Part shown: piece by piece, positions 1-11,100 of the stretch
How positions within the stretch are numbered: position 1 is the first letter of the stretch
Layout of the letters: each line of letters opens with the position of its first letter
Source of the DNA: a virus
Length of the DNA: 64,000 nt
IMG/VR virus record: IMGVR_UViG_3300048574_000423
Coordinates: 2,732-66,731 of that record
Direction: 5' to 3' (one strand)
Position numbers and translations under genes: made by a program
Notes under the pieces: model-generated
Told to the model about the DNA's origin: nothing
What the model saw: the letters and a program-made list of their open reading frames with translations, nothing else
Databases searched by the model: none

Positions 1-686
1 AAAGGCATTAGGTGTTATGGCACGAAAATCCTTCAGGCTGTTTCTGTTAAAAATACGGAGGCAGTTTTCAATCGCTGCTACACTCCGATGTCGGATATTA
101 CAACCGAAAATCCTTGATGTCTGACAAAATGCACATGCAAAAGGACATCCCCTTGTGATTTCTATTGGACCAAATCTCCTATATTTTTCAGAAAAAGGCA
201 AAAATTTATCAAGGTCCACTTGGCCTCTGGGTTTTGTGAAAGTATATTCTCCATTTTTTGAATAGCTGCATACGCCTGGGACTTTGCTCATATCTTGATT
301 ATCTAAGATTGCCTCAAAAAAGCCATTGATAACTTCTTCGCCTTCACCAGCTAAAACATAATCGAAGCCAATTTTTAAAGTTCCCTTCGGATCTCCTGTT
401 GGATGCGGCCCACCTGCTATAAAGATAATTCTGTCACCGAATTTTTTCTTATGCGCTTGAGTTCTGGATAAATATCCCAAATCTGGGTTGTAAAAAAAGA
501 AAAAGCAAATACAATCTTCTTATAGGTCTTTACGCAATCAGACAATAAATCATCAGGGGCTTTCGAATCGTAAAAGAAGACATCAATCACATCCAGTTTT
601 CCTTGACTCTCGAGTGCGCCTAGAAGCGCATTATAACTATACTTATTAAGTTTCGTTGAGTTGATAATAAAAGCGACTTGATTCAA
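1..686 (-). pseudogene. B12-binding domain/radical SAM protein (TIGR04013-like), one frameshift, runs off the left edge
   Basis: TTG start at 686 after GAGGTG. The N-part (FSFFTTQ) stops at 417. Adding one base to the T6 run at 442-447 continues as KKFGDRIIFIAGGPHPTGDP...GFDYVLAGEGEE...IEITRGCPFACAFCQT (CxxxCxxC), open to base 1. Confidence 0.75.
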
Positions 687-1149
687 AAAGAAACACCTCG
701 TTCCAATGCTGCTCTCCACTAGAACTCCGTTGGGCTCTCCATCCCTCATAAGTCATGGACTTGGATGTCTTCCTGCAAGTCCCCAAAGGAGCTTTTCATC
801 CCTTGGGGATGATGCTTTACATCGTGCAATCTAGTAAAAACAGCTAAATCTTCGCTCATTAATGGCATTATTCCAGAAAGAATCCGCTAAAAATTCCAAA
901 AAGTCCCTATAAAATCCCAAATAACTCAATAGAAACCTATACAATGTTAATGTATACATTATATCACGCCAATATCAATATTACAAGCAAGAAATGGACG
1001 CCTGAAGCCGCGTTATGGACCAAGAATTACCGTGAAGTGAGCTTCAGTTGCATGTTGATTTTGCTCCCCTGTCCCATTCTTCACCAAACATATCCGTTTT
1101 ATATGAACTGGCCTTCCCCAATATCCTTTTTGCGCAGGACGGCGACATC

Positions 1150-1466
1150 TACCAAATTGGCAAGCTTTTGACAACGAAAAGTACGCCGGCGACGTTCGCC
1201 TGTTCAAGACGTATAGCGCAGGCTTTCCTGACAAGCGCCGATTCAAAAACAAGGGGGAACGGGACGAGTGCATTGGCCACGGCATGCACCCCGGAATCGT
1301 CACAAAGGAGCAGTTCGAGCAGGTTCAAAATGAACGCGTCCGGCGATCCAATGTCGCCGTTGATGCCAATGGAAACGTCGGCCGGAAGTCAACGCACTAC
1401 AGTATGAAGCAGATAAGGGCTGTGGAGGGACAGGAATATGGTCAGAAGTGCAATATAGATGAGTAG
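1150..1466 (+). pseudogene. C-terminal remnant of a large serine recombinase
   Basis: IGKLL(T)/NEKYAGDVRLFKTY...HPGIVTKEQFEQVQNERVRRSN with a frameshift near 1170. Resembles the NEKYxGD and HxxI motifs of the intact recombinases at 59-62 kb. No catalytic N-terminus. Confidence 0.7.
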
Positions 1467-1484
1467 GCTAAATACCGTTTTAGC

Positions 1485-1502
1485 GGCGTGTAATGGTGCA
1501 CC
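1485..1502 (+). repeat. Left copy of an 18-bp direct repeat (candidate att/terminal motif)
   Basis: GGCGTGTAATGGTGCACC; 17/18 identical to 63983-64000. Confidence 0.6.
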
Positions 1503-2172
1503 CAGTCCAGAAAAAAGGCCCAATTGTGGAAATCTCCTCCTATATATGCTCGGGGTGTGTGCATGATTCCTCGGATTGGTGCAGGCGACTCCGAAGCCCA
1601 TTCGATACGTGAAAGCCAGACTGCGTATTACTGCAAGATTACCCGCAGGAAGGCGATATGAGCCCCGTATTTGCAGGCAAAAGAAAATACCCACCGCAAT
1701 CGGTGAGTATTATCCCGGAACTAATGTCCCAGTCTTTGTCCGCCATAGCATTAGTTGACACAATTACACAACGCCCTGCACATAGCCGGATTTCGTTTCT
1801 ATTATATGACGGATCGTCAACCGCGTAATAATGCACCCATGCCGACAACGGATTTCGGCGCGATGCCCGGCATTATTTGATACAATTACGCGAATGGGCG
1901 CACAAAAAGGACAGATAATGTCCCGCGGTAGAGAGCTGGACATTGCCGGTGATGATATATGATCACGCTGGACGATGTAACCGCAAAGGGCGGTGAATAA
2001 TTGTCCGGCATGGATGCCTCCTCCATATCACGCTTCGACTTGACCGAGTATCTTGACCTATCATACCGTACAAGATAGGATGTGCAATTACGTCTCGTCT
2101 TTCGGGGAAAACCTTTCGTTCCATGATGCGCAGTTCATGCGACCACGGGAATGGGTGTACAACAAGACGGAT

Positions 2173-2200
2173 AAAGCCCGGCACAAAATGGCCGGGCTTT
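2173..2200 (-). terminator. Hairpin terminator
   Basis: AAAGCCCGGC-8nt-GCCGGGCTTT, just after the stop of 2214-2864. Confidence 0.6.
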
Positions 2201-2213
2201 GCAGGCGTGCCTA

Positions 2214-2864
2214 TCAGTCTGCGATAAAGCCCTGTTCCGCCAGCGCTTGTACCAATGCGGCATTGTTCTCACCCGTCAGCGTGCCGCCCTTGTCTACAGT
2301 ATAGTCTCCGATGGCATAGGCGAAGGCCGGCGCGTTCTGGAATGTAGCCGTTATGCCGGTGAACTGGCCGATTGCCTTGACCAGTTCCTTCCGGCGTTCG
2401 CCCGTCACATGGTATGTAATCTCCATGATCTCGGGTTCTCCGGCTATGCTGGCCTTGTGGTCGCCCTCCGATGCTTCTGTGACCTCTACCGCGATGGAAT
2501 CGTCGATCCCCATGATCTCGCTGATGGTATCTGCGGGCTGTCTCTCTTCTTGGGCCTGTGGCACTACATCGGTCGGAGCCGTCGAAATCGCCTGTGGAAG
2601 ATCCGTAGGTTCTTCCGTTACAGGCTTTCGGCTCTTGAGTCCACGTGGTCCCGGCATCGGGTCGGGCAGAACCCCTGCCGCAAATGCGATCTTGAAAGTG
2701 ATAGCTCCAACCACCGGTACGTCAAACGTGAAGTCCTGGTACTCCAGCCGTTTTAGTTCGTCCGGAACCTCGATGTTCTTGTACCGCTTGATCTCCTTGC
2801 CCTCCACCAGGAAGCAAACGGGCACCGCGTCCCTGAGCTTAGCTGTGAGCTTTCCGCATTCCAT
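2214..2864 (-). CDS. Phage hypothetical protein with two small domains joined by a Pro/Glu-rich linker
   Basis: RBS GGAGG before ATG. The C-terminal MEITYHVTGERRKELVKAI domain resembles small phage proteins often labelled 'virulence protein'. Confidence 0.65.
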   Translation of the reverse strand: MECGKLTAKLRDAVPVCFLVEGKEIKRYKNIEVPDELKRLEYQDFTFDVPVVGAITFKIAFAAGVLPDPMPGPRGLKSRKPVTEEPTDLPQAISTAPTDVVPQAQEERQPADTISEIMGIDDSIAVEVTEASEGDHKASIAGEPEIMEITYHVTGERRKELVKAIGQFTGITATFQNAPAFAYAIGDYTVDKGGTLTGENNAALVQALAEQGFIAD

Positions 2865-3355
2865 AATTCATTCCTCCGTTTTCTGCTGCACAGGCTTCTT
2901 GCCTGTGGCTCACAGCTTACATATTCACGGCTAGAAAGCAAGCCTCACCATCCAGAAAGTCAAAGATTTTTTATGCCTCGACATTTCTACCGACATTTTT
3001 TACGGCTAGGAACGGGAATCTGGTTGAGCTATACAAAATATTCAATACGGCGGCGATGGCTTGATATGACCGTCCTCCCCAGAAGGAAGACTGCGCCCAC
3101 ACTTGCACGCGACACCACAACTAAATGGGGGTAAAATGGAAGTCAGGACACAATGTGAGCACTTGACGCAGCAATTTTGCTCGAAGTCAAGGGCAAAACG
3201 ATAGATTTTATGTCGATTTAGTTGTATAATAAAAAAGTCTAGACGTTGGCATGAACTTCAGGTAGTGAACGCAGTTTTCTTCCCGCTGTTTAGGACTGAG
3301 CAATGATATTCCCGCAACTGACAACCACTGTTGTCACGTCATTATAGGAGGGCAA

Positions 3356-4516
3356 ATGGCAGCGGAGCGTATTTTTGCCTTTACGGACGAGTCTGGCGCG
3401 TTCGGGTGGCAATTGGATAATCCTGATGTCTCTACGCACTTTGTCATTTCAGCAATCATTGTCAAGGAAGGCGAATTGGAGGGAGTCCGACAGCAAGTCG
3501 AAGCTTTACGAGAGAGATATTTTCAAACTGGGGAAATGAAATCATCAAGTGTGGGAAGAAATCATGCTAGGCGGAAAAGGATTCTTGCGGATTTTTTGTC
3601 AGTCAACTTTTCTGTTTTTGCGGTTGTCATGGATAAGAGACGTATGGCGTCGATGCAAGGATTGAGGTATAAAAGTTCGTTCTATAAATTTACGAATAAT
3701 ATAGTCCACAAAGAGCTTAGACGAGCCTTTCGACTTTTAACGATTGTCGCAGATGAGATTGGCGGAAGCGACTATATGAAAAGTTTCGCTAAATATGTTC
3801 AGGAAAAACAAGATATACCTACTCTTTTAGGGGACGCGGAATTCATTTTCAAGAATAGTCAAAATGACGTTTTGATTCAACTGGCAGACTTAATCAGCGG
3901 ATCATTGGCATTTGATTATGATCCTCATAGGGGAGATTTAACTCAGAATTATCGAAGAATACTGGATTCTAAAATAACACGAATTGAGCTTTATCCAAAA
4001 ACAATCGAGACTTATAGCGTGGAAACAAGTGTCATGGCAGAAAACTACGACAAGACGATTGCTGATATCTGCTTGCGACAAGCCTTAATGTTTATTGGAA
4101 AGTACGAGGCCGATAATGATCAAGAGCGAGTAGCTCAGGTAATAATTCTTGAATATTTACTATTCAGATTTATGAACAATGACCTTAGGCGATATATTCC
4201 GACAAAAGAACTCAAGAATCAACTTCTTCACACCTTATCATGGGATATATCTACTCAGGCATTCAGATCCAGAATTATCGGAAAACTGCGTGACGAGGGT
4301 GTAATTATCGCAAGCTCAAGCCCTCAGAAGGGCTATAAAATACCTGCAAATAAAAAGGAGCTTTACGATTATGTAAACCATGGTACAACAATCATTACCC
4401 CAATGATGGAACGATTAAAAAAGTGCCGTGACATTGTCAAGCTTGGGACAGCGAACGAGGAAGATCTTTTTGAAAAAACAGAGTACTCAGCTCTAAAGAG
4501 ATACTTTGAGAATTGA
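3356..4516 (+). CDS. DUF3800 (RNase H-like) protein with a C-terminal wHTH-like extension
   Basis: N-terminal FTDESG and late IQLADLISG motifs; RBS AGGAGG; AT-rich. Confidence 0.75.
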   Translation: MAAERIFAFTDESGAFGWQLDNPDVSTHFVISAIIVKEGELEGVRQQVEALRERYFQTGEMKSSSVGRNHARRKRILADFLSVNFSVFAVVMDKRRMASMQGLRYKSSFYKFTNNIVHKELRRAFRLLTIVADEIGGSDYMKSFAKYVQEKQDIPTLLGDAEFIFKNSQNDVLIQLADLISGSLAFDYDPHRGDLTQNYRRILDSKITRIELYPKTIETYSVETSVMAENYDKTIADICLRQALMFIGKYEADNDQERVAQVIILEYLLFRFMNNDLRRYIPTKELKNQLLHTLSWDISTQAFRSRIIGKLRDEGVIIASSSPQKGYKIPANKKELYDYVNHGTTIITPMMERLKKCRDIVKLGTANEEDLFEKTEYSALKRYFEN

Positions 4517-4570
4517 CACGTTTTGCCTGGACCTTTGGATGGAGAGATGCAAAAGAACGGAGGATTTTAT

Positions 4571-6070
4571 ATGTTTTTTTCAGAGCGATTCAATCTTGAT
4601 TCCGAATTAGTAAGGGCTTATGGGGCGGTAGACATCTCGTTGGTATGTGACATGCCGTTGTTTATTGATCCCATGCTTATCTTTAATAGCGAAAAGCAAG
4701 AATATCAAACTCTACATGCAGAGATTATTAAATACTTTCATTTTCTGAATATTAAAGCACAAAGAGGATTGCTTTCGAAGGAGATTGATGCGTGGTTTAA
4801 TTTTAGCGAGGTACCTAATAACTGGTTGGGATTCTCTTTAGTTGGGAATAAAGGCCTTGCCCTCGGGAAAAAATACGCAAGATTTTTATATAAAAATATT
4901 GGGTTTGCTCTTGAGACGCACGACATTTCTCATGGGCAGCATATTGAAAAGACTATGTTACTGTATGAAGGTAGCGGAAAAGATAAGATTAGTGATTTGA
5001 CGGTCAACTTGGTCAAGGGATTTCTTTGTGAATACACAGAGAAATTTGCGAATGAGTATATTGAATTAGATTTGTGTAAGATATTTCCTGTTGAAAAAGC
5101 ATTTTTTAATTATGATACGGAGAGTTTTGTTAGCAGAGAGTTTTTGCTTCCGTATGTGATTAATGAGAAGGGTAAATCCGAGTATGTGTTGCTTACTCCT
5201 TATGATATTCTTCGAGAAGAGGAGCCGTCTATTAATAAAGATGATTTTTATCGAAGTCACGAACGTATTCGAGCGGCAATAGAGAATGATTCTTTGCGCG
5301 CATATGTGAATAATTATATCGGACAGGCTGTGCGGAGATACGAAGAGAATCAGAGGAAAAATCGTCGTGCTATAAAAGAACGGTCAATCCAAAAGATAGA
5401 AATGGGAGCATTTAAAGAGATTGTAAACGAGTATCCAGAGCTTTACGATTATTATATTAGACTAAAGGAGGCTGATACCGACGAAATTAGGTTAAAATGT
5501 GCGAATGAACTGAATAGGCAACTAGAGAAACTCCTTTGGGCCTCTAAGAATCTTGTAGCACTATTCAAGCAGAGCGGATATTCAACTGATGATTGCCTAT
5601 CCGCCAGAGAAGAAGCGAAAAACCGAATTCGGTTCTTTAAGCATATTATTGAAGACTGCGATGGGTACAAAAATCTTTATGTTAAAGGAGAGAAGATCGC
5701 GAGCGAGAATGATCTACAAAGACTCTTTCGGTTTGTTTGGTACGGGACAAGCTTTAAGGTTGATGCAGAACCAAACAACGGGAGAGGACAAGCAGATTTT
5801 ATTGTATCGATTGGTCAGAATAACCAAAATATAATCGAGTTTAAACTTGCCAGTAATTCATCGCTATCCCATGTATTTGCTCAAGTGAATATTTATGAAT
5901 CGGCTAATTGCGTCGATGGTAGCCTAATTGTAGTTTTCTTCTTTTCTGAAGAGGAATATCTTTTTGCGAGGAGAGTAGTAATTGATGCTGGTTATCAGGA
6001 CATGATCGACAACTCGATTTACCTGATTGATTGCAGGAATGACAATAAACCATCAGCTTCAATAGCTTAA
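4571..6070 (+). CDS. Hypothetical protein with a C-terminal PD-(D/E)XK-like nuclease domain
   Basis: GGAGG-ATG at 4571; SENDLQ...EPNNGRGQADF...IIEFKLASN motif; cotranscribed with the DUF3800 gene. Confidence 0.6.
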   Translation: MFFSERFNLDSELVRAYGAVDISLVCDMPLFIDPMLIFNSEKQEYQTLHAEIIKYFHFLNIKAQRGLLSKEIDAWFNFSEVPNNWLGFSLVGNKGLALGKKYARFLYKNIGFALETHDISHGQHIEKTMLLYEGSGKDKISDLTVNLVKGFLCEYTEKFANEYIELDLCKIFPVEKAFFNYDTESFVSREFLLPYVINEKGKSEYVLLTPYDILREEEPSINKDDFYRSHERIRAAIENDSLRAYVNNYIGQAVRRYEENQRKNRRAIKERSIQKIEMGAFKEIVNEYPELYDYYIRLKEADTDEIRLKCANELNRQLEKLLWASKNLVALFKQSGYSTDDCLSAREEAKNRIRFFKHIIEDCDGYKNLYVKGEKIASENDLQRLFRFVWYGTSFKVDAEPNNGRGQADFIVSIGQNNQNIIEFKLASNSSLSHVFAQVNIYESANCVDGSLIVVFFFSEEEYLFARRVVIDAGYQDMIDNSIYLIDCRNDNKPSASIA

Positions 6071-6116
6071 TTGTAGCATTGATGTATTTGGAAGTCCGTA
6101 AACTCGTCTGTGTTAT

Positions 6117-6151
6117 AAAAAAGCTCTCGGAGTTTGCAAACTTCCGAGAGC
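6117..6151 (-). terminator. Rho-independent terminator between convergent genes
   Basis: GCTCTCGGA...TCCGAGAGC stem with an A-run on its left (U-tract on the minus strand). Confidence 0.6.
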
Positions 6152-6159
6152 AGATTTAC

Positions 6160-8073
6160 CTATTCTAAGTAATTTGTTATAATGTAGCTCTTCAATAGTT
6201 CAATATCGGTATAGTACCGATATCCGCTCTGACTAACGATTGCCAGCGTTTCCGGTGTATCATTGATTAGTAAGGCGATCGGTTCACTAAGACCACTTTG
6301 AAGACCGTTTGGCCAAGCAAGATCAATGATTGCGGTAACTTTACCATCATGATCGAGCAGTTCAAAATTTGGTATTCCTTCGGTAAGGTGGTGTTCGGTA
6401 AGCCAAGATGATATGTTAGTAATCGCTTCCTCTTCGTCTACGTGTGTCTTCATGTTTTCTCGATCTGCATAGCTCTGTACGGCCGTTTCGGCTATCCTGC
6501 CAGCATAAAGAGAATCAAGCAGTCCATTAGCAGACGTTGCCAACAAAGCTCTCCGCTCCTCAAGAAAACGTTCGTAGTTATCTATCTTCCATAATTCAGG
6601 ATTGTTTGGTATCCAGTGCGATTCGAGAGCGCCGGGTCTAATTTCCTTGTATTCGGGGATATAGTCCTCCGGCGGACGATTAGAAATCGTTATGTTGGTG
6701 TCCTTGGTTAGAAATGCATAGTTGGCTAGCGCGTTGACAATACTTTTGCTTTTCCCAGCCTTATAGAGCAAATCCTTCGGGAAGATGTGATGTATTTCCA
6801 GCGTAGAGTTCTTGCCCAGTAATGCATTGGAAAGCTCCAGTCCAGATCCCCAATCCTTCGAGTGCCCTGTGCGCGTAAGCAAGTACAGCAGGGGATAGAA
6901 TCTCGCACCCGTGCTCCATCCCCAGAAGTCCTCGGCCCGAATAGTCAGATCACCACGATTCTGTCGAAGTAGCTTGATCAGGCCGTCAATGCCTTCGCCT
7001 TTTTCAAGTACGTTGAGATCCTGCGCCAGTATACTTTCTGTCGAACCCGTATATCGCCCCCACAAAAAAGTATGTATATACCAGAATAAGAGCTTGTCCC
7101 ATTCCGTGCTCCCCGAAAGCTTTTTCCCACGCATGTGCAGGTATCCGACCATTGTTGCAATGGCATATACGCCACCCAACACCCTGGCGTGATCTAGGCC
7201 GAGACGTGTGCCAATGTGATCTAAGCAGGTTCCGATCAACGAGTTTGCTTCGAATAGGCCTTTTTTAAAATCGGAAATGCTGCATTTGGATAGAGCAGCA
7301 AAATATGGCTGATTTGTTAGATAAACCGTAACGCAACGTAAAAACCAATCTAAGTTAAAGTCATATCCAGCATTTTTATACTTTTCCAAGATAGCCTTCA
7401 TCGCCATTCGAGCCTCAGGCCACTCCGCGCAGATTTTCGCTAAGGCAAGATCGCCCTTGCTCAATTTGGTGCCGCCGGAATTGACGTTGTTAAAAATCTC
7501 GACAACAACGTCTATCGTCATGTTTTCTCCAGATACTTCTTGGACGTGCAATTCCTGATTTTTGATGTTTTCCAATGGTGTCAGCTTAGATAACGCGCCG
7601 AACCAGTATTCCATTGTGCCTTCACCGCGTTGCACCGCTTGCTGTGCATAAATCGATGCGCCCAACTTCATAACACTTGTCACATTGACCCATATCGGAT
7701 TGCATTGCATCTTAGTGGCGGCATAAAACTCAAAAGCTTCTTCTTCGATGTTAAAGTACAGGTTTGTAAACGCCGCAGCGTTACCATCAAAGAACATTGG
7801 CGGCTTTCCCTTTATGATGCCATACAGCGTTGTTATACGTTGCTGGCCATCAAGGATCAGTTTGACATGACCGGACGACAGTGGGCCATCACCGCGAGAG
7901 ATATCTGGATTCGTTACCGTATCCCATACAAGCAATCCACCAATTGGATAGCCCTTATAGAGTGAATGCATCAGTTTGCGTACCTGATCACGATTCCAAA
8001 CATAACCTCGTTGGAATTCGGGGAGCGCAAAACTACCAAGATCGATTTGGCTGAGAATGGTATTGATGTCCAT
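6160..8073 (-). CDS. GmrSD-like type IV restriction protein (DUF262 + DUF1524/HNH)
   Basis: LPEFQRGYVW, YPIG, LDGQQR, FNNVNSGG (DUF262); EIHHIFP...NYAFL (HNH-like). Confidence 0.85.
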   Translation of the reverse strand: MDINTILSQIDLGSFALPEFQRGYVWNRDQVRKLMHSLYKGYPIGGLLVWDTVTNPDISRGDGPLSSGHVKLILDGQQRITTLYGIIKGKPPMFFDGNAAAFTNLYFNIEEEAFEFYAATKMQCNPIWVNVTSVMKLGASIYAQQAVQRGEGTMEYWFGALSKLTPLENIKNQELHVQEVSGENMTIDVVVEIFNNVNSGGTKLSKGDLALAKICAEWPEARMAMKAILEKYKNAGYDFNLDWFLRCVTVYLTNQPYFAALSKCSISDFKKGLFEANSLIGTCLDHIGTRLGLDHARVLGGVYAIATMVGYLHMRGKKLSGSTEWDKLLFWYIHTFLWGRYTGSTESILAQDLNVLEKGEGIDGLIKLLRQNRGDLTIRAEDFWGWSTGARFYPLLYLLTRTGHSKDWGSGLELSNALLGKNSTLEIHHIFPKDLLYKAGKSKSIVNALANYAFLTKDTNITISNRPPEDYIPEYKEIRPGALESHWIPNNPELWKIDNYERFLEERRALLATSANGLLDSLYAGRIAETAVQSYADRENMKTHVDEEEAITNISSWLTEHHLTEGIPNFELLDHDGKVTAIIDLAWPNGLQSGLSEPIALLINDTPETLAIVSQSGYRYYTDIELLKSYIITNYLE

Positions 8074-8134
8074 ATTCGCCCTCCGTTAGCCTGACTTTTC
8101 CGGTTATAATTATCTCTTTCGATAGGGGAGAATT

Positions 8135-11100
8135 TCAACCCATCACTTTATTGAGCAGCTGCTGGTAGTTATCTATATGGTCATATTTCACCGTTCCTGT
8201 AGAAAGAGTGGCGAACAACTTTTTCGCACAATCGATTTTAGCCTTCTCGATGGGCCGGAGATTTAGGCTATCCATGGTACCCTTTGTTTCTGCCACAAAG
8301 TAAATGTGGCGGACAGTACCTTCATGGAATACAATGGCCCAGTCGGGCGAGTAGTGCCCGACCGGAGTGGGAATGGAAAATCCCTTAGGTAGCTTGGCGT
8401 AGATGTTGACCTCGGCGGCGCTATCCAAGTCTTCTACGAAACGACGCTCAATACTCTTTTCAGCAATGCCGTCCGTATAGACATAATCCTGAATCGCCTT
8501 GGTGGCGACGAAGGCTTCCTCAAGCGATTTCCCGTGCTTCTCGGCGGTAAATATGCTGCTGTCATAGCAGCCTTCGATTTGGTCGTAGGTAATGTGCTCC
8601 ACGATCATGGTTGCCTTTTGCTCCCGAATAAGTCGAATGACCTTGCTAATGAATTCCTCCGGGTTGTGCTGGAACATAGCAAAGGTTGTTGAGCGAATCC
8701 CTTTCAGAATAGTCGCTACGGTGCGGCGAGTCAGCACGGTACCCTCAACGATCTTGCCGATAATATCATACCTCACTTGACTGATTTCTGCGTGCCTCAA
8801 AGCTGCAGTCTTCGTTTTGACTGCATTGAACGAGTCGCCACCATGCATCATGTCTGCGCTAATGGCATCGCGTTGGCTGGCTTGCGAAACCGTATATTGC
8901 AGCTGACTCACGAATAGCTGCGAGTCGATAGCGGCGATGGCGTTGCGGATCAATTCATCGCTGTCGAAGTCCACGGTATAGGCATAGCGATGATTGATGG
9001 CACGCCACAGCGTTTGGAACGAGTCTTTATAGAAGCGCTCATTGAGCGGATTCTCTGGCGCTTTTGTCTTGTTGCCGTCCTCAAACATATCTTTCAGGAC
9101 GCTGTCGTCGAAGATTGCCTGCACCAGCTTATGAATACTTTCAGCCATGGGCTGCAAGGCCTCTGGCAGCGGTGCAAGCGCCTTTGTCGCAAGGTCTTCC
9201 CGGTATTCCCGCGTGATACTGTCATCATCGCCGATGTAGTCGTTCTTGGCCAGGTATTTATAGATCATCTTGGCTTGAGCCTGATCCAACTTGACGGGAT
9301 TACCATTCACAACGACCGTCTTCCCCGTGAAGTATTCGATGGTAGCCTTTGTCGGACGCTCGTACAATACGGCGCGCGTCTGATCCTGCAGATCGCGGAC
9401 AAAAGTAGAATATCCTTCACTGGCAATGACGGTCAGTGTGTTGATGGCCTGAACGTTATCGCCACAAGTCTCCGCATCCATGCGATTGCCCTGCTGGTTC
9501 ACGCATAGGCGCAGGCCACGGCCTACCTCCTGCCGCTTCTGGGTGCTGCTGTCGCCTCCATGCTTCAAGGTACATATCTGGAATACGTTGGGGTTATCCC
9601 AGCCTTCACGCAAAGCGGAATGCGAGAAGATAAAGCGGGTAGGTTCCTCGAAGGATAACAGGCGCTCTTTGTTCTTCAAAATGAGGTCGTAGGCAGAAAT
9701 ATCGTCCGAGAATTCGCTGCCTCGCTTAATATCGCTGTCAACCGCCCGGCCTGTCCTTTTGTCGATACTAAAATAGCCCTTGTGCGTATCAGCGGCGGAG
9801 ATACCGTCCAGATACTGCAGATAGGCGGGATTTAGGAATTTACGGTATTCGGCCAACACAGAATAATACTCCTGCTCGAAGATGTGGCCATATGCTCCCA
9901 ATGCTTCGTTGCCATCATCGTCATACTGACGATACTTGGCTACTTCGTCAATAAAGAACAGCGACAGGGTTTTGATTCCCATATCGAAGTTCTGTTCTTC
10001 CTTCTCAAAATGGGAGATGATGGTCTCACGAATTTGCACACGGCGCATATCCATTTCGGAAATATCGCCTACGACCTCGCCCTTTCGGATCGTATCGCCA
10101 TTTGTGAATGTAACGCTTCCGGCAATGGGGTCAATCTCGGAAATGGAGAGACCATGATACTGCTCCATCTCGCCAGAAACGTAATAGAGATTATCACCCA
10201 CGCTTAAAATGCGGAATTCGCGGTTGATGGATTTATTGTACTTGATCTCCAGCTCCATGCGCACCTGGGGCGGTTTCTTGGGAGATAGTAGAATCGCCTC
10301 CAAATACAGATACTGGTCGGTGCCTCGGAAGTTCTTTACTTCAAAGCCTTTGACCTCAATCTTTTTGACCAGACGGTTATTGTAAGCGTCCAAGGCGTCC
10401 AAAACATAGACGAGGTTGTGCTGCTTGGCATGGGTCGCGGAGTAGTTGAGGCAGAAAAGCGGATTGAAGGTTTTCAGTGTTTTCTGCGTCACCTCGCCGC
10501 CCATCTTCTGCGGTTCATCCAAGATGATGATCGGGCGGTTGGCGGCGATCACGTCAATAGGCCGCCTGGAGGCAAATTCGTCGCGCTTGGAGTAGATGAT
10601 GCGGGACTCTTTGCTCCTGCCGTCCTCTTTGAGCGACGCGGCAAATGCCTGGGTGTTGATTATCATGACGTTGATGCCACTGTCCGAGGAGAAGCTGTCG
10701 AGCTGGTTCAGGTTCCCGCTGTTGTAGATAAAGAAACGGGCCTTCTTACCATAGTGCTCCATGAAGTGATCCACGGTGATCTCGAAGGACTTCTTCACCC
10801 CTTCGCGAATGGCGATGGAGGGCACGACCACGATAAACTTGCTCCACCCATACCGCCGGTTGAGCTCAAACATGGTCTTTATGTAGACATAGGTCTTGCC
10901 TGTGCCGGTTTCCATCTCTACATCCAGCGAACAGCGTCCCATGCCGGTGACAAGCCCTGACGAAAGGTGGATATTGTTCTCCGTCTGAACGGTATGAATG
11001 TTCGCCAGCAGTAGATCATCCTGGAGCATGATGGCTTCGTTCCTATATCCGGTTTCGTCCGTCATGTCATCCATGGATAGCTGATTCGGCTTGTCCTCCG

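Noticed and set aside
1503-2170. Small ORFs between the left repeat and the first phage gene
   Set aside because: Short, without convincing RBS or motifs; probably degraded sequence.
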